Source of the DNA: Malacoraja senta
Lineage: Eukaryota
Direction of reading: 5' to 3'
NCBI GenBank assembly: GCA_038087875.1
Contig: JAXLNO010000362.1
Location: 124,001-188,000, forward strand
DNA length: 64,000 nucleotides
Shown one piece after another: positions 12,401 through 24,710 of this stretch (within the stretch, counting starts at the first letter, position 1; each line of letters opens with the position of its first letter). Below the pieces are notes generated by a model, which saw nothing but the letters and a program-made list of their open reading frames with translations, was not told the DNA's origin and did not search any database. A program made the translations under genes and the position numbers.

Positions 12401-15400
12401 ATCAAAATGATATATACGTCAAAAGGACAACGCATACTTTCAAAATACTCTGAATTTTCCCTGAGCAAACATAATTTTTAAGACTTTGCAAAATAGGAAA
12501 TGTTATGATTATTTCTTGTCCCTTTTTCCAACTGCAAACAAAAAAAATAGCACTTGTAATTAGAACATATTTAAAAGTATTTCTGTCAAATTTCCTGTAC
12601 CGTGTAAGGCACTGGCGTCGATCCAGGGATGGGGGGGGGGAGGGGGATGCGGGATATATGCCCCCACTTTTTGAGGTGGGGTGGGGGTGGCCTGTATTAT
12701 TATCGGCCAGTTTTTGGAGGTCGAGCAATAACAAAAATAGTAATCACCTGCTCCTATCTCTGATGTGGGCCCTATAATATCTTAAAAATACTTCAAACAA
12801 AATACATTGAAATCATACTTCTACAATGCACTAAAACATGATTTTAATGCATCAAATTTCAAAAAGTCCCACCGTGGGAGAGGGGACACCCCCCTCTCAC
12901 ACCCTCCTCCCATTAAGTCGCTCCATTCCCTCGCCGGGTACCCCCAAGGCCAGTGATCAGTGATCGTTCAGCCCCCCCACTTTCAAAAACGCTCCGCGGC
13001 CCCTGATTAACTACCTGCTGACTAAAGACGTTCTTCCTCACCTCCTTTCTAAAAGAGTGCCCTTTAATTCTGAGGCTATGACCACTGGTCCTAGACTCTC
13101 CCACCAGTGGAGACATCCTCTCCACATCCACTCTATCTATGCCTTTCATTATTCTGTAAGTTTCAATGAGGTCCCCACCTCAACCTTCTGATCTCCAGTG
13201 AGTAGAGGCCTGGTGCTGTCAAGCGCTCATCATATGTTAACACACTCATTCCAGGAATCATTCTTGTCAACCTCCAATGGACCCTCTCGAGGGCCAGCAC
13301 ATCTTCCTCAGATATGGAGCCCAAATCTGCTCACAGCATACCAAATATGGCCTGGACCAGCACCTTATAGAGCCTCAGCAGTACATCCCTGTTTTTTGTA
13401 TTCCAGACCTCTTGATATAAATGCTAGCATTGACTTTGCATTCCTTACTACCGATTCGGTTTGCAAATTAACTTTTTGCTCGTCCTGCACCAGCACTCCC
13501 AAGTCCCTTTGCATCTCTGATTTCTGGATTCTCTCTCCATTTAGAAAATACTCTACACCTTTACTCTTATTACCAAAATGCATGACTTCACACTCTGCAA
13601 TACTGAATTTCATCTTCTACTTCTCTGCCCACTCTACTAACCTGCCCAAGCCCTTCTGTAGAGTCCTTGCTTTCTCTACGCTACCTACCTTAGTATCATC
13701 TGCAAACTTGGCCACAAAGCCTTCAATCCCCTTATCCAAATCATTAATATACAACATTAGGAGAAGAGGCCCCAGCACCGACCCTTGCGGTCTCCACTGG
13801 TCACTGGCAGCCAACATGATATAGCTCCTTTAATTGCAACTCTTTGACTACTGCCATTGAGCCAATCCGCTATCCATGCTAGTATCTTCCCTTTAATACC
13901 ATGGGTTCTCATCTTCCCCAGCAGCCTCACGTACGGCACCTTATTGAAGACTTTCAGAAAATCTAGGTAAAGAAACATAGAAAATAGATGCAGGAGTAGG
14001 CCATTCGTCCCTTCCAAGCAGCACCGCCATTGAAAATGATCACGGCTGATCATCCAAAATCAGTAGCCCATTCCTGCTTTCTTCCCATATCCCTTGATTC
14101 TGTTCGCCCTAAGAGCTAATTCTAACTCTCTCTTGAAAATATCCAGTGAATTGGCCTCCACTGCCTTCTGTGGCAGAGATTTCCACAAATTCACAACTCT
14201 CTGGGTGAAAAGGATTTTCCTCAACTCAGTCCTAAATGGCCTACCCCTTATTCTTAAACTGTGGCCCCTGGTTCTGGACTTCCGCAACATCGGGAACATT
14301 TTTCCTGCATCCAGGCTGTCCAATCCCTTCAGAAGTGTTCTATGTTTCTTTAAGATCCCCTCTCATCCTTCTAAAGTTCAGTGAATACAAGCCCAGTCAA
14401 ACCATTATTTCCTTATATGTCAGTCCTGCCATCCCAGGAATTAACCTGGTGAACCCACGCTGCACTCCCTCAATAGCAAGAATGTCCTTCCTCAAATTAG
14501 GTGTCCAAAACTGCACACAATACTCCAGGTGTGGTCTCATGAGGGCCCTGTACAACTGCAGAAGGCCCACCTTGCTCCTTTTCTCAAATCCTCTCGCATT
14601 GAAGGCCTACATGCCATTTGCTTTCTTCACTGCTTTCTTTAATCCACAGCCACCCCTCTGTCTGTCCTGGTATTAACTTCCTCAAAGAAATCCAGCAGAT
14701 TTGTCAGGCAAGATTTTCCCTTCACAGAACCATGCTGACTTCGGTCCATTTTATCGTGAACTTCTAAGTACTGCGTAACCTCTTCCTTTACAATTGACTC
14801 TAAAATCTTACCAACCACTGAAGTCAGGCTAACCGGCCTATAGTTTCTGCTCTTCTGCTTTGATCCCTTCTTGTATAGCGGGATGATATTCGCAAATTTC
14901 CAATCTTCATGAACCACTCCTAACTCTAGTGATTCTTGAAATATCACAACTAATGCCTCCACAATCTCTGAGGCCACCTCATTCAGAACCCCGGGGTGCA
15001 GTCCATCCGGTCCAGGTGACTTATCCATCCTCAGACCTTTCAGTTTTCCTAGCACCTTCTCCTTAGTAATCGCCACTCCACTAACTTCCACCCACTGTCT
15101 CTCTAGGATTGCATGCACACTAATGGCGTCCTCCACGGTGAAGGCTGATGCAAAACAGTTATTCAATTCCTTTTCCATTTCTTGATTTCTCCTGCATCAT
15201 TCTCCAGCGGCCCAACGTCCACTCTTGCCTCTTTTTTTACTCTCTATATATATCCATAGAAACTCTTGGTATCCTCTTTTACATTATTGGCCAGCTTACA
15301 TTCGTACTGAAGATAGACACAAAAAAGCTGGACTAACTCAGCGGGACAGGCAGCATCTCTGGAGAGAAGGAATGGGTGACATTTCGGGTCGAGGCCCTTC

Positions 15401-16953
15401 TTCAAGCCGGTTAGGGATAAGGTAAACGATGGATACAGACGATGATGTACACTAGCAAGTTTGCGGATGACACAAGGCTTGGTGGCAGTGTGAACTGTGA
15501 AGAGGATGTTAGGTGGTTGCAGGGTGACCTGGACAGGTTGAGTGAGTGGGCAGATACATGGCAGATGCAGTATAATATAGATAAATGTGAGGTTATCCAC
15601 TTTGGTGGCAAAAACAAGGGGGCAGATTATTATCTCAATGGGGTTAGGTTAGGTATTGCAGCGAGACCTGGGCGTCCTTGTACACCGGTCACTGAAAGTT
15701 GGCTTACAGGTACAGCAGGCAGTGAAGAAAGCTAATGGAATGTTGGCCTTCATAACAAGAGGATTTCAGTATAGGAGTAAAGAGGTTCTTCTGCATAGGG
15801 CTCTGGTGAGACCACATCTGGATTATTGTGTACAGTTTTGGTCTCCTAATTTGAGGAAGGACATCCTTGTGATTGAGGCAGTGCAGCGTAGGTTCACGAG
15901 CTTGATGGGATGGCGGGACTGTCATATGAGGAAAGATTGAAAAGACTAGGCTTGTATTCACTGGAGTTTAGAAGGATGAGGGGACATCTTATAGAAACAT
16001 ATGAACTTGTAAAAGGACTGGACAAGCTAGATGCAGGAAAAATGTTCCCAATGTTGGGCAAGTCCAGAACCAGGGGCCACAGTCTTAGAATAATGGGGAG
16101 GTTATTTAAGACTGAGGTGAGAAGAAACTTTTTCACCCAGAGAGTTGTGAATTTATGGAATTCCCTGCCACAGAGGGCAGTGGAGGCCAAGTCACTGGAT
16201 GGATCTAAGAGAGAGTTAGATAGAGCTCTAGGGGCTAGTGGAGTCAAGGGATATGGGGAGAAGGCAGGCACGGGTTATTGATAGTGGACGATCAGCCATG
16301 ATCACAATGAATGGCGGTACTGGCTCGAAGGGCCGAATGGCCTCCTGCACCTATTTTCTATGTTTCTATCTAGAGAGATAAAGAACACTGAATGTAAGAT
16401 CAGAGAGCAGGAACTTGATCATTGGCCAGATGAGATGATGAATGGTTAATTGAAGTTAAATCAGACAAATGTGAGATGTTGCATTTTGGGACGTCTAACA
16501 AGAGCAGCACCAACACAGTAAATGGTCGGCCTCTGGGGAGTGTTGTAGAGCAGAGGGATCAAGGAGTGCAGGTGCAAGGTTCCTTGAAGGTCAAGTCGCA
16601 GATAGATCGGGTGGTCAAAAAGGCTTTTGGCACACTGGCCTTCACCAGTCAGAGTATTGAGTATAGAAGTTGGGTGATCATGTTGCAGTTGTATAAGATG
16701 TTGGTGAGACCACATTTAGAATATTGTGTTCGGTTCTGGGCACCATGTTACAGGAAAGATATTATCAAGCTTGAAAGGGTTCAGAGAAGATTTCTGAGAA
16801 TGTTGCCAGGACTAGAGGGCCTGAGCTACAGGGAGAGGTTGAGCAGGCTGGGTCTCTATTCCGTGGAGCACAGGTGGATGAGGGGTGATCTTATAGAGGT
16901 GAAAAGATCATGAGGGGAATAGATTGACAGTTTAAACCTTTGTTTGTCTTTAG

Positions 16954-17235
16954 ATGCTCCACAAAATCTCTCAATCACTTCCCACGACGATGCGAACAGT
17001 TCCCGGGTCATTGTAAAGGAAGGAAACTTTGCAGCGATCCTCTGCTCCGTCCAGAGTTTCCCAGCATCTAACCTGACGTGGGGACATCTCGGTGTCACGC
17101 TGAACACAACATTTTCCAGCAACGAGCTGTGGATGCAGTTCCCTCAGCTGACACGGCAGAACGCTGGGGTCTATCAGTGTGTGGCGGAGAATGAACACGG
17201 GACAGCAGAGAGGGATGTGACCCTCACTGTAGAAT
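16954..17235 (+). CDS. Intact C2-set Ig-domain exon (copy 3) of Siglec/CD22/MAG-like receptor
   Basis: 282 bp, phase 1-1, AG/GT boundaries. Reads (Y)APQNLSITSHDDANSSRVIVKEGNFAAILCSVQSFPASNLTW...NAGVYQCVAENEHGTAERDVTLTVE, with the YAP...C-S-x-x-S-x-P...W...YxC-x-A-x-N-x-x-G pattern of Siglec C2 domains. Confidence 0.92.
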
Positions 17236-18050
17236 GTGAGTAGACACACACTAACACGTCCCTCAAAACGTCATAAGTGATAGGGGCAGAATTACATTGT
17301 CGAATGGCCATGTCTACTCCACCATTCAATCATGGCTGATCTATCTCTCCCTCCTAACCCCATTCTCCTGCCTTCTCATAGAGTTATAAAGCCATGGGTT
17401 CATAGAGTCCTAGAGTGATACAGCATGGGAACAGCTCAACTTGCTTTCAACAGCCTACATGTCCCAGCTACATTAGTCCCACCTGCCCATGTTTGGCCCA
17501 TATCCCTCCAAACTTGTCCTATCCATGTACTTGTCTGTTTCTTAAATACTGGGATAGTCCCAGCCTCAACGACCTCCTCTGGCTGCTCATTCCATACAAC
17601 AACTACCCTTTGTATGAAAAAGTCACCCCCTAGATTCATTTAAAATATTTTCCCCTTCACCTTGAACCTACTCCTCAGGTCCTCGATTCACCCACTCTGG
17701 GCAAGAGACTCCGTGCGTCTACCCGGTCTATTCCTCTCATGATTTTAAACACCTCTATAAGATCACCCCTCATCCTCCTGCGCTCCAAGGAAGAGAGTCC
17801 CAGCCTGCTCAACCTTTCCCTATACCTCAGGCCCTCTAGTCCTGGCCACAACCTCATAAATCTTCTCTGCACCCTTTCCTGCTTGACAACATCTTTCCTG
17901 TATTTCCTCTCTCCTCTTCTAAGATGAGAAAGATTAGATACAATTAGTTGAAGCATTGTGTGCAGTTCTGATCACCCCATTACAGGCAGGATGTGGTCAG
18001 GGTGCAGAACGCTGCCTAGATTAGAGAGTATTACCAATAAGGAGTTTTAA

Positions 18051-18363
18051 GGGGGGCACACGGTGGTTCAACGGTAGAGTTGGTGCCTCACAGCACCAGA
18101 GAGCCAGGTTCAATCCTCACTGTGGGTGCTTGTCAGTACGGAGTTGGCAAGTTCATCCCATAACCTACGTGGGTTTTCTTCGGGTGCTCCGGTTTCCTCC
18201 CACACTCCAAAGATATACAGGTGTGCAGGTTAATTGGCTTGGTATATTTGTAAATTGTCCCTAGTGTGTGCAGGATAGTATATGTGTGTGGGGATCGCTG
18301 GTCGGCATGGACACAGTGGGCCGAAGGGCCTGTTTCCGTGCTTTATCTCTAAACTAAACTAAA
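18051..18363 (+). mobile_element. tRNA-derived SINE (HE1/V-SINE type)
   Basis: A/B-box-like head GGCACACGGTGG...GGTTCAATCC, central core, and CR1-like tail GGGCCGAAGGGCCTGTTTCC...(TAAAC)n. Confidence 0.85.
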
Positions 18364-18789
18364 GAAGAGGTTGGATAGACTTTCTCTGGAGTTCATGTTC
18401 ATGTGATGAGAGCACAAAAAGGCCATTCGGCCCATCAAGTCTACTCTGCCATTCGATCATGGCTGATCTATTTCTCCCTCCCCTGCCCCATTCCCCTGCC
18501 TTCTCCCCATAACCTCTGACTCCCGTACTAATCAAGAATCTATCTATCTCTGCCTTAAATATATCCACTGACTTGGCCTCCACTGCCATCTGTGGCAAAG
18601 AATTCCACAGATTCACCACCCAGTTGAAAGGCTGAGGGGAGACCTGATAGAAATATATAAAACTATGAGTTGCATTGAGAAGGTAGGCAGTCAGAATCTT
18701 TTTCACATGGTGCAAATGTCAAGGTTGAGAGGGCAGAGCTTTAAGGTGAGAGGGGAAAATGGTAAAGGAGATGTGTGGGGCAACTTTTA

Positions 18790-19385
18790 CAATATGATAC
18801 GACACAATATAACTTTATTTATCCCAGGAGAGTACTAAAAACACAAAATACCTGAAATACGAAATTAAAGTGACGAGTGGAAAGGCTTGGGGGCTGTGCA
18901 AAGATTACGTGGGAGGGGGGTGGTGGGGAGGCGAGTCAGTCTCAGTCTACACTACGACAGAAGGGGGAGGAGTTGTACAGTTTGATAGCCACGGGTAAGA
19001 AGGATCTCCTGTGGCGTTCTGTCCTGCATCTTGGTGGAACCAGTCTGTTGCTGAAGGTGCTCCTCAGGTTGACCAATGTGTCACGGAGGGGGTGAGCTGT
19101 ATTGTCCAGGATGCTCCACAGTTTGAGGAGCATCCGCCCCTCCAAGACCAACCTCCTATGAATCCAACTCCGCCCCCAGGACAGAGCCGGCCTTCCTGAT
19201 GAGCTTGTTGATCCCATTGGCGTTCGCAGCCTTCACCTTGTTGTCCCGGCACACGGCAGCGAAGAAGATGGCACTGGCCACCACTGATTAGTAGAACATC
19301 TGCAGCTCCGTGCTGCAGATGTTGAAGGAGGGGAGCCTTCTCAGAAAGCTCTGTCCCTTCTTGTACAGGGCCTCAGAGTTCTTGG
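18790..19385 (-). mobile_element. Rex1/Babar-type LINE 3' fragment
   Basis: FLRRLPSFN...SVVASAIFFAAVC...NKLIRKAGSVLG...HPL...PRCRTERHRRSFLPVAIKLYNSS, then a 3' UTR with AATAAA and a short-repeat tail. Confidence 0.8.
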
Positions 19386-20319
19386 ATCAGACCCGTTTAC
19401 TGAAGATAGACACTAAATGCTGGAGCAGACAAAAATGCTGGAGAAACTCAGCGGGTGAGGCAGCATCTATGGAGCGAATGAAATGGGCAACGTTTCGTGT
19501 CGAGACCCTTCTTCAGACTGATGTGAGGGTGGGGGGGGCGGGAAGAAGAAAGTAAGAGTCGGAGACAGTGGGCTGAGGGACAGCAGGGAAGGAGAGGAGA
19601 AAGCCGGGACTACCTGAAATTAGAGAAGTCAATGTTCATACCGTTGAGGTGTAAACTGCCCAAGTGAAATATGAGGTGCTGCTCCTCCAATTTACGGTGG
19701 GCCTCACTCTGGCCATGGAGGAGGCCCAGGACAGAAAGGTCAGATTCGGAATGTGAGGAAGAGTTGAAGTGCTGAGTCACTGGGAGATCAGGTTGGTCAT
19801 TGCAATGCTGGAGTAACTCAGCGGGACAGGCAGCATCTCTGGAGGGAAGGAATAGGTGACGTTTTGGGGTGAGACCCTTCTTCAGACTGATGATATTTGT
19901 ATAAGGTACTTGTACTCCCTGGTAAACTGTTTAACAGACCATGGAGAGCATCTGCAACATGCTGTCAAGGGCGGTGATGGAGGCAGATAGGACAGTTCCT
20001 TCTCTCCAGAGATGCTGCCTGTCCCGCTGAATTTATTCCAGCATTTTGGGTTTGATCTCCTAGAAACATAGAAAAATAGTTGCAGGAGTAGGCCATTCAG
20101 CCCTTCAAGCCAGCACCACCATTCAATATGATCTTGGCTAATCTACTAAAATCAGTACCCCCGAGTCCTGCTTTTTCCCCATATCCCTTGATTCCTTTAG
20201 CCCTAAGCGCTAAATCTAACTCTCTTGAAAAAAATCCAGTGAACTGGACTCCACTGCCTTCTGTGGCAGAGAATTGCACAGATTCACAACTCTCTCGTGT
20301 CTTGTTCCTCCCTCTCCAG

Positions 20320-20613
20320 ATGCGCCAGAGATTTTCTGGGATTCGCGATGCACTCACACACCTGAGAGTGTCACCTGTGTGTGTGCGGCCAGGTGCAACC
20401 CACCCGGAGAGCTCACCTGGCGCCTCCCCCTCGCCAACATCAGCGGAAATCAAACCCACGGACGTCTCCACATCTGGCAGGTGGCAAGCGGGCATCTGGT
20501 GTATGGCTCCCTCACTCTGAGAGGGGGTGAGGGAGGGGAGGACATGACGGCCTTGTGCTCAGTCCGAAACCGGCACGGGGAAGCCATGCTCATGGTGTAT
20601 CTGTTGATGGAAG
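20320..20613 (+). CDS. Membrane-proximal Ig exon of MAG/Siglec type
   Basis: 294 bp, phase 1-1; acceptor CTTGTTCCTCCCTCTCCAG|, donor G|GTGAGG. Splices in frame to copy 3 (T+AT=Tyr). Reads YAPEIFWDSRCTHTPESVTCVCAARCNPP...ALCSVRNRHG, matching the SxC...CxC...NP pattern of MAG domain 5 and fish Siglecs. Confidence 0.92.
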
Positions 20614-20661
20614 GTGAGGACATCGCTGGGCGAGGGAAGTCAGAGAGCCAGAGAGTCATAT

Positions 20662-21037
20662 TGTAATGGCCATTTCTAACTTTTACTATGTCCAACTTTC
20701 TGTTGCCATTACTACATAGGTAAGTAGGAGTGATCTTACACAGACCAAAAAAGAACAGATCTTCCAGTCATTCTTTATTGAAGTAGTTGTACAAACAAAG
20801 AGATGAACGTACCAGGTTCTCTGTATTCTCATACAAGTTGTAACTTCCTGTTCTCCCGATCTGTGTGAACTGTGTACCCTCCACCTCTTGTAGCTGGTCT
20901 GAATCACTCCCTGTCCACTAAGCCCATGTGTTACACCCCTCCATTCATCAAATGACCACCACCAAGTGTCCAAAATAATACCACTAGAAATATCTAGACA
21001 AACTAATATAATATGCCTGCAGTAGCTGGCCTAAACA
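20662..21037 (-). mobile_element. Possible solo LTR
   Basis: TGT...ACA termini (TGTAATGG / CCTAAACA), AATAAA on the minus strand near 20775, non-coding. No convincing TSD. Confidence 0.4.
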
Positions 21038-21239
21038 TAAATGGCTCCTATACATACCGTGTGGAAACAGGCCCTTCGGCTCAACCTGCCCACACCAACC
21101 AACATGTCGCACCTACACCAGTCCCACCTGCCTGCATTTGGCCCATACCCCTGCAAACCTGACCTCATCGTGTATCTGTCTAATTCTCGAGTGCTGGCAA
21201 CATTCTCATTACACAACACCCTTAGTGGTGTGTAATGAA

Positions 21240-22068
21240 CCGGATTTCATAAGGGAACTCAAGGTAAAGGAGCCATTAGGAGGTATTGACCATAATATGT
21301 TTTAATCTACAATTTGAGCGGGAGAAGGGAAAATCAGAAATGTCAGTATTACAGTTGAACAAAGGGGACTATGGAGCCATGAGGGAGGAGCTGGCGAAAG
21401 TTGACTGGAAAGATACCCTGGCAGGGATGACAGTGGAACAACAATGGCAGGTATTTCTGGGAATAATACAGAAAGTGCAGGATCAGTTCATTCCAAAGAG
21501 AAAGAAAGATTCCAAGGGGAGTAAGGGGTGACCGTGGCTGACAAGGGAAGTCAGGGAGAGTATAGAAATAAAAGAGAAGAAGTATAACATTGCAAAGATG
21601 AGTGGGAAGCCAGAGGATTGGGTAACTTTTAAAGATCAACAGAAGATAACTAAAAAGGTAATGTGGGGAGAAAAGATGAGGTACGAAGGTAAGCTAGCCA
21701 AGAATATAAAGGAGGATAGTAAAAGCTTCTTTCGGTATGTGAAGAGGAAAAAATTAGTTAAGATTGAAGTTGGATTCTTGAAGACTGAAACAGGTGAATT
21801 TATTATGGAGAACAAGGAAATAGCAGACGAGTTGAACAGGTACTTTGACAATATACAATAGACAATAGGAGCAGAGTAGGCCATTTGGCCCTTCGAGCCA
21901 GCACCGCCATTCAATTTGATCATGGCTGATCATCCACATTCAGTAACCCGTTCCTGCCTTATCACCATATCCCTAGTCTCCGCTATCTTTAAGAGCTCTA
22001 TCTAACTCTCTTGAAAGCATCTGATCCGTCTTCACTAAGGAAGACACAAACAATTTCCCTGATGGCCA
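21240..22068 (+). mobile_element. CR1 ORF2 fragment (EN-RT linker) running into the gap, with a nested minus CR1 tail ~21850-22020
   Basis: DHNMF...NKGDYGAMREELAKVDW...NIKEDSKSFFRYVKRK...ADELNRYF/SVFTKED. Confidence 0.85.
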
Positions 22069-22268
22069 NNNNNNNNNNNNNNNNNNNNNNNNNNNNNNNN
22101 NNNNNNNNNNNNNNNNNNNNNNNNNNNNNNNNNNNNNNNNNNNNNNNNNNNNNNNNNNNNNNNNNNNNNNNNNNNNNNNNNNNNNNNNNNNNNNNNNNNN
22201 NNNNNNNNNNNNNNNNNNNNNNNNNNNNNNNNNNNNNNNNNNNNNNNNNNNNNNNNNNNNNNNNNNNN
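22069..22268. other. Assembly gap (200 N)
   Basis: Run of exactly 200 N. Confidence 1.
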
Positions 22269-23922
22269 AAGAAGAGGAGGTGTGGACACTTTTGAAAAAT
22301 ATGAAAACAGATAACTCTCCAGGACCTGACAGGATATTCCCTAGGACATTGAGGGAAGTTAGTGTAGAAATAGCAGGGGCTATGACAGAAATATTTCAAA
22401 TGTCATTCGAAACGGGAATAGTGCCGGAGGATTGGCGTACTGCGCATGTTGTTCCGTTGTTTAAAAAGGGTTTGAAGAGTAAACCTAGCAATTATAGACC
22501 TGTTAGTTTGACGTCAGTAGTGGGCAAATTAATGGAAAGGATACTTAAAGATAATATATATAAGCATCTGGATAAGCAGGGTCTGATCAGGAACAGTCAA
22601 CATGGATTTGTGCCTGGAAGGTCATGCTTGACTAATCTTCTTGAATTTTTCGAAGAGGTTACTAGGGAAATTGATGAGGGTAAAGCAGTGGATGTTGTCT
22701 ATATGGACTTCAGTAAGGCCTTTGACAAGGTTCCTCATGGAAGGTTGGTTAAGAAGATTCAATTGTTGGGTATTAATGGTGGAGTAGCAAGATGGATTCA
22801 ACAGTGGCTGAATGGGAGATGCCAGATAGTAATGGTGGATGGCTGTTTGTCAGGTTGGAGGCCAGTGACGAGTGGGGTGCCTCAGGGGTCTGTGTTGGGT
22901 CCACTGTTGTTTGTCATGTACATCAATGATCTGGATGAAGGTGTGGAAAATTGGATTAGTAAGTATGCAGATGATACTAAGATAGGTGGTGTTGTGGATA
23001 ATGAAGTAGATTTTCAAAGTCTACAGAGAGATTTAGGCCATTTGGAAGAGTGGGCTGAAAGATGGCAGATGGAGTTTAATGCTGACAAATGTGAGGTGCT
23101 ACATCTCGGCAGGACAAATCAAAATAGGACGTACACGGTAAATGGTAGCGAATTGAGGAATGCAGTTGAACAGAGGGATCTAGGAATAACTGTGCATAGT
23201 TCCCTGAAGGTGGAATCTCATGTAGATAGGGTGGTAAAGAAAGCTTTTGGTGTGCTGGCCTTTATAAATCAGAGCATTGAATATAGAAGTTGGGATGTAA
23301 TGTTAAAATTGTACAAGGCATTGGTGAGGCCAATTCTGGAGTATGGAGTACAATTTTGGTCGCCTAATTATAGGAAGGATGTCAACAAAATAGAGAGAGT
23401 ACAGAGGAGATTTACTAGAATGTTGCCTGGGTTTCAGCAACTAAGTTACAGAGAAAGGTTGAACAAGTTAGGTCTTTATTCTTTGGAGCGCAGAAGGTTA
23501 AGAGGGGACTTGATAGAGGTCTTTAAAATTATGAGCGGGTTAGACAGAGTGGACGTGGATAAGCTTTTCCCATTGAGAGTAGGGAAGATTCAAACAAGGG
23601 GACATGACTTGAGAATTAAGGGACAGAAGTTTAGGGGGAACATTAGGGGGAACTTCTTTACTCAGAGAGTGGTAGCTGTGTGGAATGAGCTTCCAGTGGA
23701 AGTGGTGGAGGCAGGTTCGATGTTATCCTTTAAAAATAGATTGGATGGGTATATGGACGGGAAAGGAATGGAGGGTTATGGTCTGAGTGCAGGTAGATGG
23801 GACTAGGAGGAAGTATTTATTTTTAATTTAAAAAAAAAATTTTTTTTTAATGTTCGGCACGGACTTGAAGGGCCGAGATGGCCTGTTTCCATGCTGTTAT
23901 GGTTATATGGTTATATGGTTAT
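22269..23922 (+). mobile_element. Young CR1 LINE with an uninterrupted RT domain (ORF 22280-23806)
   Basis: 508-aa open frame with SPGPD, NYRPVSLTS, DFSKAFDKV, GVPQGSVLGP and YADD; (GTTATATG)n tail. Confidence 0.95.
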
Positions 23923-23924
23923 AT

Positions 23925-24710
23925 AACGTTGGATATCTTGAACATACCAATTTATTATTCTTAAAGTCACATACACTGAAGTTCACCGATCTGGTTAAAT
24001 TTAAGACTGCACAAATCATGTACAAAGCAAGAAACTTCCAGGAAATATACAAAAACTGTTTATGGAAAGACAGGGTGGGTATAATTTGAGAGGGGAACAT
24101 AATTTAAAAAACTCAATGTCAGAACAACTCTTAAAAGTATGTGCATAGCAATCTGTGGGGTGAATTTGTGGAATGGTCTGGAACAGGAGATAAAACTTAG
24201 AACAAACATGATACAGTTTAAAAAGATGTACAAAAACACTTTTTTTAAAGGATATTGGGATGAGGATAGGTAATTATGAGTGGGATATTTATTATACTGA
24301 TTGTATTGGGAAGGGTGATTAAAGGGTGATGGGTTGTATATATGACTAAGAGATACTGTATAATACATGAGGGTTTTTTCTTTTTTTCTCTCTTTTTTTT
24401 GTATGGCTTTGTAAATATTTGATTAGTGTATAAATGTAAATAATTTGGTGTACATATAGCTGCTGGTGTACATATGGTGTACATATGGCTTCCAAATTGG
24501 TATAAGATAATTATAAGCAGTTGAATAAGGGGTGGGAATTAATAAGCTTTGGCTTCTTCCTGCTCCTTTTCGGACACAATACAAGTTCATTTATTTATAG
24601 ATATTGTTTATGACACTTTATAAATATTCTTGTTTTGTTTTTTTGTATGCTGTTTCACACTTGCTTTTTATTCTGTTCAAAATAAAGAATTACACAAATA
24701 AATAAATAAA
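23925..24710 (+). mobile_element. 3' fragment of an L2/Crack/Daphne-like LINE
   Basis: EHTNLLFLKSHTLKFTDLVKFKTAQIMYK...RTTLKSMCIAICGVNLWNGL...FKKMYK; long AT-rich UTR and (AAAT)n tail. Confidence 0.7.

Larger units (their letters stand above)
177..17252 (+). repeat. Intragenic tandem duplication, two intron+exon units (8931 bp and 8031 bp donor-to-donor)
   Basis: Donors at 274, 9205 and 17236. The same ordered series of repeats recurs with scattered substitutions. Identity ends 17 nt into the intron after exon copy 3. Confidence 0.95.

Noticed and set aside
16954..20613. Assigning the symbol MAG, CD22 or SIGLEC1
   Set aside because: The V-set domain is not in the window and orthology cannot be established without phylogeny.
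23812..23851. A/T palindrome in the CR1 3' UTR
   Set aside because: Simple A and T homopolymer runs with no evidence of function.
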